A stretch of 64,000 bases of DNA. Origin: Tubiluchus corallicola (lineage: Eukaryota > Animalia > Priapulida). The number at the start of each line of letters is the position of its first letter. The first letter of the stretch is position 1. The notes under the pieces are model-generated. The model did not search any database. It was not told where the DNA came from and was given only the letters and a program-made list of their open reading frames with translations. The position numbers and the translations under genes were made by a program. The stretch lies in NCBI GenBank assembly GCA_030141605.1, contig JAQGDQ010000117.1, forward strand, positions 531,228 to 595,227, given 5' to 3'. Of the stretch, positions 55,470 to 64,000 are shown one piece after another.

Positions 55470-56884
55470 TGTGTACTCGTAATTATTGACTTTTTAAGGT
55501 TTTTACAACAGATTCAAATTATGGCAAACTTAGTGTGCAATATTATTGATACTCTGTCCTATTTGTACTTTAATATATGACTCTGCTATAATTACAAATT
55601 TTACAATCAAGCTTGGTTTATTCTTTGTTTACTAAATATTGGAAGTTATAGTTTAACGAAATACACAATTTAAACATACTGTCAATGTCTGTTACTATAT
55701 TAATGTTTTATTTGCAAGTTTTGCATGGATAAAAGATCACACTTAATCATTACTGAGAAACATTACAAAACAAGTGTTATGCTTTCTAGTTATTTACAAG
55801 CACAAATTTTATTTTAAGCATATTAGTATAATTAAGCCATCTATCAGCTTGGACGGACTCCATACTAATGAATTTTTTTTTGAAATGTTAAAATAATTGG
55901 CTGGTGGAAGCAATTCTTTCAGTAACCTACTTTCTAGGCAACACTTAGAAATTTTACATAAAAACACAGTATTTGTTACTGCAGTCAATGCAAACAATAA
56001 TGATTAGTCAGTTGTTTGCCAATTATAATTGTTATTTACTAAATGCTTAAAATTAAATTTACATTTTGTAATCAATGCTCAAGTAAGAAGTATTCAGTTT
56101 ACAATTAAAAATATATAAAAAAGTTAGCAAAAGTTTGCAAGTTATAATCTGTTTTCCTTTAAGTATTATTCACATGTAACAAAATAGTGGTTTATTATAG
56201 TTCTAGAGAATATATATTACAATATAATGAGAACATAACTTAAGTTTTTAAAATACAACTATTATACAAGTTGCAGAGGAGAAGGGTAACTTGGTATATT
56301 GTCGCCTAAGCCTAAAAATGTAATATTTAAGGTTTACCATATGCAACAAAGATAGATAAAAAAACTCCAATTCAATTGAAAGACAAACTTGCTTTCGAGA
56401 CACTTATTTGATTGCAGACGGTGACCGCAATGCTGCAACTTTAACTTTAGTAAATTTGGTGACATGAAGATGGAAAAAAATCAGACTTGGCTATAAAAAC
56501 TTTCAAATACCAAGTGCAGTGCTAGATTATACAAGTTCTATCCTAAGACTAGAATCCATTAGTACATTGTATTAACAGACAATCGTCAATGGTAGTGATT
56601 GTCATCTGTGCACACTACACGGATATGTACATTGTAAAGGAAAGACAAGCCTTCTGTGAAGTTAGACTTATTTCAAAGTTAGCAAAAAAAATAGGATTCA
56701 GTAATAAAAATGTAATAAGTGCCTCGTGTAACTAGCAGAATAATTAAAGTCGCAATCATTTCACGCTTGGGCATTCCCATTTGGAGTACCCATTCTTCTA
56801 CTGATGATATCGCCCATCGGCTGAACAAAAGTAGCGCACTGTAAATATCCGTCAAAAGTATAATAAACTTCTCCAAAAATTAGA

Positions 56885-57182
56885 TGGTTAATTTTGTGAT
56901 ATTTTGCATGAACGTTTGGTAAGCTGCAGAAATTTGAACCAGTTCAAGCAAAGCGCACTTATGGAAAGCCACAATGCACTTAAGAAAAGTCACGAAGACA
57001 CCTCTTATGTTATAATTTTCAAGTGAATAGCAGCAAACACTGCACCTGAAAATTTCTATACAGCAGTAGTATAAGTTAACTTGAAACTTTATTTTTGCAA
57101 TTTTATTTGTCATATCTTTCTAAGTTTGAGTGATAACAGTAAAGTAGCCCAACATGCTAAGTGACTTGTCCTTTCTTTTAAG
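56885..57182 (+). repeat. Dispersed ~300-bp repeat, copy 1 (possible Kolobok-like end, ...TTAA)
   Basis: Colinear with 62785-63078: CTTATGGAAAGCCAC, TTTTCAAGTGAAT, AGTGATAACAGTAAA, TGACTTGT, terminal TTTAA. Confidence 0.75.
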
Positions 57183-57272
57183 CAAAATGTCAATATTTAT
57201 ATTGAACAGTATTGTACTTCAAAAACTGTTCACAGTAAAAGCTAAAAATACTCGCAGAAAGTCATGTTCTTT

Positions 57273-60200
57273 TTACAAACTAGTATTAAAATAAACTAAT
57301 GGGTTTCTACATTCCCGTTCTGGTTGACTGGATTTGTCGTTAAGGTCTTGCTTGAGATCACGTTTTTGTTCATTACTGACTATACGTTTTGGCTGCTTCC
57401 TGACGGCTTCTCGCACCGACTCATATGGGTCTATAGGTATTCCCTGAAAATCAAAGTTCTACTTTAGCATCATAAGCAATACAAATAACAGAAACGAACC
57501 GTCAATACAGTTTCTCACTTTTCAATTTGAATGAAAATACTTTGGTCAAGTGCAATGTAACCCTTTGGATACTGTCAAAAATCTGTTTTGTAACAATATA
57601 ATTATCGTGGACATGATATGCACATTATGATGCTACAGTTGCTACAGAGCAACTAAAGTCCTCCATTGTCAGTAAAAACTTGCTGATCAGTCTTAATCGC
57701 TGATTAGCAAATGTAGGACTAAACATGCAGAACATGGATGATTAAACAGTATGATTAATAATGAATCCTTGAAGTTCATATACACTGCACTTAATGCAAA
57801 AAGTCATGAATTGATTTGCACGTGAGTGCTGATATTCGCATATGTTGTATTGATTTTACTAAAAAGTGGTTTTTTCACTTATAATATAATTTTCACTTGC
57901 AGAAATACTTTGACCATGCAGCTATCACTAATTAAGAAAATGTCAGTAAAAACAGAAATAAGTTGAAATAGTAAAAATTCAAAATTCTAGCCAAATCCAT
58001 TTAAACAAGGTGTCTAACTCAGAATAAAAACAGCAGAAGAATTTACTTCTCTATACAATACGCCACCATGGTAGAAGTCTCCATTTTCCAGTACCACAGG
58101 TTTCTCGGAGCACCGGCTTCTGGGTCTCTCCTCTACCTGTAACTCTATGCTCCTGGGTTTCAGCACCCTGTGACACATGCAATGATCAGGACATCGTTGA
58201 CTGCAATACGAGAAAAGTAATCATAAAAAATGCTTGCCAAATATTTTGTTCAAAATTACTTTCTTGATTTACAGTAAGTTTACTGCAACATTACTGTTTT
58301 TGCACAGTTCTCTATGACAAAAAATTTCACTTCCAACATCATAGAAACACAATGCAGTTTAATGCAAGTTTCAACTACAATAGTAATAAGTTAAGGTGTG
58401 ATACCTGCTTAGTGATAGCAAAAAACTTCGCATCATGCAAATTTTAGCATTATATATAGCATTTTACAATGACCTACATTAATACACACATGTCTATGCA
58501 AATACAGACATATTGTTTTGCCAAAAATCTGGGAATTAGGTAAGGTTTCATTACAAAGTGAGATGTTACAATGAAGTTTAGCTGTACAACTATAAAAATG
58601 ACACAGTTCAAGGTTCAGTGAGAAATATTAGAGGTGAAAATGTTTTTTGCTTGTTGAATTGCTTTTACCTGATGAAGCCTTGATGATGTGCTTTGCTTCG
58701 TGTGACCATGCCTTCTGTCACATTTGTCATTCTCAAATTTCGTCTAACATCATTTAATTCCTTTACATCAATAGGTGGACTTTTTGGCTGAAAATTATTA
58801 CACTGTATTACACAATTTTAAAAGAATTATAATTATAAATGGAAAAGCTGATATTCAAAGAATATACTGCCTTATTGTGCACTGAGCTTGCATTAACATC
58901 AACACTGTATAAAACTTGAAAATTTAAACTCTTGCCATGACCATTAGAAGCAGCCATTTTGATGGTATGTTTGAAAGAATAATCAGGGCATTCCTAGTGA
59001 TCTCTTCACTAACTAAGCAAAAATATAAATTACTTTATCTTGTCAATAAGATGGCGAGTTGGTGACATTTGGCCTGTTAGCGCAAACGTTTTAAATTACT
59101 TTGCTTACATTTTAAATTATTTTTAGTACTTAGCATAAAGGACCTACAGGCAACAGCAAATAATTAACACTAATAAAAATGGGTCAAATACCCTGTTCAT
59201 TTCTGCTAAGTAGAATTAGTTATAATTAACAAAGAGCCAAAAAAAACTTGTATAATTTTTCCTTTAACAAGTTTATCAAGACATTCAGCCAAAGGCAAGG
59301 GGACATTATGAGAAACTGAGAACTCTGATTTAAAATGGTGAAATGTAAAATGAACTTGCACTAAAATAAGTAAACTTAATTACAAAGTTTATTAATCAAC
59401 AAGTTTTTTATGCCAAAGCTATAATAACTATGCTTAATACATAATAAAACGAACCTCGGAGGACAACTTCACCACAGTGCACTTGCCAGTGTTCCGCAAA
59501 GGCTGATCTGATTTCGTATTGGCAACGTTTGGCAGATTCGAATTCACATCAAAACACCTTGCAGTTTCCATACCAGAAACCTGTGTTTTTGATCTACAGT
59601 CTTCTTTCTATAGTTATTGTAAAAATAATACTATTGCTAGTCTAAGAATTTAAAAGTGTATTAACGAAACTGGTTAAATAAGTGTAGTGATCAAACAGAA
59701 AACCCTTTGGCGTGTTTTTAAATGTGTCAACCTTTGTCACATGTCTGATATCAATTGGAAGATTGCTCACAGAAGGAGAAACTGACTTTAAAGTATTGTC
59801 CAGTAGTTTCTATACATACTAAAGTGAAATAACACACTATACTTCAATAATCGCCCTGTTATTTTTTCATCAGTAAGTAAAAATTACTTTATGCCTGTAT
59901 TATCTTCAACGAGAAGCTTCAGCTTTTAGTATATCATTACTTTAGATAAGTGTCATGATTGCAAAAGAATTATGGAACATTGAGTATCAGAGATTCGTCA
60001 GCTTTGAAAGAAGTACAATAAGCTGTAAAACAAAAATGTCATTTAAAACATTTTACCTTCTCAAACAAATTTTCCACGTCGCTTCCATAATTGGATTTTC
60101 CTCTCTTATGACTAAACAGCCGTTTCTAAATTAACAAAATGATTGACGTATTACATAAAACAATTAAGACTAAACATCGTGTGTTGTAATGATCACAACC

Positions 60201-63200
60201 ATTTCAAAACATAAACCAAACAACAAAAATGCTTAGAGCATAATAAGAACTTTTGAAGGCCCAGAATACAGCAATTGAAAGATAATTTTGCATTACGTTT
60301 CATGATGACCATCCCAGTAACAAATCACAAATCAGCAAATTTTAAGAACATTTGCTGGCAAAGGGTTCTGGACCCTAATCACCGCTAAATAAAAATGTAA
60401 CAAGTACCAACTTTGTCAGAAACAGCCACATGATTTAGAGGAAATGCAAAGCAATAATTGCAAGAAACATTTAAATGCTAATAAAAATAATGAATAATAA
60501 TTTACACGGAACCTTCATATAACAAAAAAATCTTGAGAAAAATAAATTATTACCACAAAAGCCTCGCCAACTGACTTGCTCCGCACATGCTTCTTGGACG
60601 GGTGTTCAGGTGTTCCATAACCATTTTGCTTATTGAACTGAAAAACGGCACATAATAAAATAAAAATAAACAGTCTTGCTTTCATATTTGCAGCAGCAAA
60701 AAGAATGAAAAATATGTTGGCATCACGTGAAGTGAAAGTCAAACAAGAATCATAACTTATAAACTCTGTAATATAAATAATATTAACATCGTACAATTTA
60801 TGTTCAGAATCGTTAGAATTGAATACAAATATTAAGCTACCAGACAATACCTGAACGAAAATTACTGCTAAAAAATAGGAAGTGCTTCAGTAAAATTAGG
60901 TTTGAGCTACAGTAATTTATCAAACCCAGATCAATAACCGCTAATTCTGAGGTAACTTTTGTGTTATTTTTCAACATTTGATAGTAAATGATAGAACATG
61001 TTATTTATTACGCTGTATGTTAAAAAGATTCCCAATGTTATTAAATTTGATAAACTAACATATAAACTTTAACACGAATTGCAAACATCATTTTTTCTTC
61101 TTTTTCTACGTAAATGAAAATAATGGCAAACGGGTGTAAGCAGTAGTTATAGCTAGGGGTCTACTATGAAAGCATCTGCTATCTACTCTTCAGATCAAAA
61201 TTCACAAACTCGTATTAGTAATACTGCATTTATCACTACACTCATCCAAAATTATTATTCTAGTTCAACGCACCTGCTTAATGAGTTTGCGTTTTTTAGA
61301 AGAATTTGGCATGCTTTGAACATGTGCATACAGCTGAGCAAGATGAAATTCTGTATCTTTACAAACATCATCCTGTAAACTTTGTTGATGATCGGCAAAG
61401 CTAACAACTGTCTTAACCGGCTCCGTCACTGCCAATGCTCTTTTCTGATGCTTCTACATGCAATAAAAAATAAATAAAAAGTCGTATAAAATGAGCCGGT
61501 AAATTAAGCAACAAACCTATAAAAAGAGAGTATGGTAACCCGTACCCATGTTGTCACCATCATTATTCTCATCATCACTACAAATTTACAATATTGTAAA
61601 GAAAACACATTTTTTATCTTGAATGCAATTAACATCAAAAATTCCACAGAAATCAGAAAACTGATGTAGTTACATTACCGAATACTTAGATCCTGTTTGC
61701 CATTTTGTTTTAGCACTACTATACATCCTTTGCGTTTGCTTTTTGCTTTGCTCTTCATTCCAAAATGTTCTTATGTCTATCAGCAGCTCTTCTGGTATCT
61801 AACAATAAGCTTCTTCATAACATATGGTTATACAAGTTATGATAATACAAGGTATATAAAACTCTATATTCTTGCCATATGTTAAATTAAATGACATTTT
61901 AATTGCAGCAGACACATTTCAGTTGTTACTTTTATTCATACATTTATAAAGGTAAGTAGTGCTTGACTTGGATAGTTTAATGTTTATAAAGACTTAAAAT
62001 AATGTATAACTACTAAAATAAGTATAGTGTCCCTACTTCGCGGAAATTCACTTATCGCAGGTAGGCCTGGAACGGAACACCCGCGATAAGTGAGGGAACA
62101 CAGTATTCGATGATAGTAACAACAAGCTTTACAAAATCATTAACAAAAAAATAATTTAGGGCAATTTCCATGCCTATACAAATACTTAGACAAGTTCAGT
62201 TAAACAAACACTGGAACATAATACCTCACGGTTCAGCAAGTTCGCAAGCATTCTATGATTTCAAGAAAAAGGGGTGGAAGTTACCAATATGTTTGGTAGC
62301 ATTAATCACGCGTGGGCCCTAATATGAGTTAAACAAGATAGATATCACTACACAACCAACCAACCAACCAGGCGATCTATAAAAAAATCTGCACAAAATC
62401 TTTACAGGATAAACAGATTAAATTTAGTGTGTAAGTGTAATGACACTTTCAATTATAGTATAAAAGCATAAATGCAATCCAGAGTCACATTTGAAATTGC
62501 ACAGCAAACTAATTACCGATACTGCATTTTGAAGATAAGTTGTGCAATTGAAGGAAAGACCAAACCCTCTGGGATGTTAGGCTTATTTCAATGTTTGTGA
62601 AAAACATTAGAAGGAATAAAGGTGCAACAAGCCCCTCGTGCAATTAGTAAAAGCATGTTAAACACTTTGCATTTGGGCACTCGCACTTTAAACATCTGTT
62701 CTCCCACCAATTATGTCATTCATCGACTGAAAAAAGTAACACGTTGTAAATTTACGTCAAAAATGTTTTTTTATAAAAAATGAAATTTTATGATATTTTT
62801 GCAGGAATATAGATAAGCTACAGAAGTTTGAAACTGTTTAAGCAACATGCGCTTATGGAAAGCCACGAGGCACTTTATGAATTCCACCAGTTACATCATA
62901 GTTTTCAAGTGAATGGCGGTTACCACTTAGCTTAAAAATTTCTTTACAAGATAGTATAAATTAACTTTATACTTTACAGACAGTTTTTTTTTGCAAATTT
63001 CTTTGTTACATTTTCGCAAGTTTAAGTGATAACAGTAAAATAAACCCAACGTACTAAATGACTTGTATTTTCCTTTAATAACTTGTAATCATAACTAAAC
63101 ATGTATAAAATATGTCAAGACGATGGTAATAATGAAATATAGAAATCCATGATCACAACAGCTTACCTCAAACAATTTTGGAGCATTCTGAATCATAAAT

Positions 63201-63801
63201 GATACAGCTTTGGTCATATTTGCAGCACTTCTATGCAGTTCTGTAGCAGTCATCTTGTAAATAAAGGCAACATTAGTAAAATCAATTTTTAACTTTTAAA
63301 ATTGTCGTTTAAAAAGCGAGATAACCTATACAACATACAGAAAGCACAGTGATTATTTCATCCACTGTGCTATAGGTCCTAACCACAAAGGATGCAGAAT
63401 GAAAACCCAAGACCCATACTAACCTTAAAATGATAGACTTTACCTTTTTCCTTAAAGCTCTCTGATCCAACTATTAATGAATTTTGTAATTTTTACATTA
63501 CGAAAGAAGCAAAATTCCTGTCAAATGCAAATACTTTTAAGGCAGTAGTCAGGTAACTAGGGACTTGATAGTACAAAAATGATAGTACAAAGACAAAAAA
63601 ATTATGATAAGTAAGGCAATCCAAGCAAATGAAAAACAATGTAATAAGTTTTTGGTGAAAGCAACTAATCAGTACATAATTACCTTTCGAGGACACAAAA
63701 TGTGTGGAGCAAACATCGTTCCAAGGTTATCGGCATTCATTCTGTTATCAGACTGAGCTTCTGTTACACGGTGTAAGAGATTTAAAAGATCTTTTAGCAA
63801 T
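57273..63801 (-). CDS. ARHGAP19: Rho GTPase-activating protein 19-like, 3' part (11 exons, about 438 aa; gene continues beyond the window end)
   Basis: Exons 5'->3': 63801-63684, 63253-63167, 61798-61679, 61453-61274, 60637-60554, 60125-60057, 59809-59732, 59607-59455, 58787-58669, 58200-58062, 57443-57273 (TAA); GT-AG and phase-consistent. RhoGAP C-terminal motif LLKDLLNLLHRV...NRMNADNLGTMFAPHILCP, then AVSFMIQNAPKLFEIP and LAQLYAHVQSMPNSSKKRKLIKQFNKQ...KKHVRSKS, matching my recall of the ARHGAP19-specific segment (LFQHVHDMPESAKKKQLIRQFNKQ...KRARSRS). The last five exons rest only on splice sites and frame continuity. Confidence 0.85.
62025..62103. mobile_element. 79-bp Tigger-type MITE
   Basis: TA|TAGTGTCCCTACTTCGCGG ... 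CCGCGATAAGTGAGGGAACACAG|TA: imperfect TIRs with TA duplication. Confidence 0.6.
62785..63078 (+). repeat. Dispersed ~300-bp repeat, copy 2
   Basis: Same shared blocks as 56885-57182; ends CCTTTAA. Confidence 0.75.
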
Positions 63802-63988
63802 CTGTAAAAAAGTTAAATAAGGCATTTAGCTAAAATGTTTCAAAAAAGTAGCATCAAATTCCCTTATTTTTTGTCATTCATTAACCCTACTAATACTTCA
63901 TTCACCACCTTTTAATTCCCTAGTTACCTGACTACTGCCTTAAAAGTATTTGCATTTGACAGGAATTTTGCTTCTTTCGTAATGTAAA
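63492..63988. repeat. Perfect 72-bp inverted repeat (arms 63492-63563 and 63917-63988) enclosing exon 63684-63801
   Basis: Arms checked base by base: TTTACATTACGAAAGAAGC...GGTAACTAGGGA and TCCCTAGTTACC...GCTTCTTTCGTAATGTAAA; 353-bp spacer. Confidence 0.95.
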
Positions 63989-64000
63989 CATTTGCTACAA

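Noticed and set aside
60515-60847. ORF with an apparent signal peptide (MKARLFIFILLCAVFQ) followed by KR dibasic sites in the next exon, suggesting a neuropeptide precursor
   Set aside because: The hydrophobic stretch is the translated polypyrimidine tract ending ttttcag|. The real exon 60637-60554 continues the ARHGAP19-like frame (LIKQ|FNKQ).

Overview
AT-rich, intron-rich animal (probably invertebrate) genomic DNA, not prokaryotic. Three genes can be assembled by hand from splice sites and recalled homology. (1) A complete MCCC2 (methylcrotonoyl-CoA carboxylase beta chain) on the minus strand: 14 exons, 46589->5073, 579 aa. (2) A complete FAH (fumarylacetoacetase) on the plus strand: 12 exons, 46911->55140, 416 aa, head-to-head with MCCC2 with only 321 bp between start codons and apparently a GC-AG first intron. 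(3) The 3' 11 exons of an ARHGAP19-like RhoGAP on the minus strand (>63801->57273), convergent with FAH. The introns hold decayed mobile DNA: a Tigger/pogo element inserted in a 56-bp minisatellite, several LINE fragments, tRNA-derived SINEs, hAT/Tc1/Harbinger-type MITEs (one nested) and simple repeats. The most notable features are a perfect 72-bp inverted repeat bracketing one RhoGAP exon, and the divergent pairing of two acetoacetate-yielding amino-acid catabolism genes. I found no convincing evidence of a wholly new biological system. Gene identities and human exon sizes are from recall, not from database searches.
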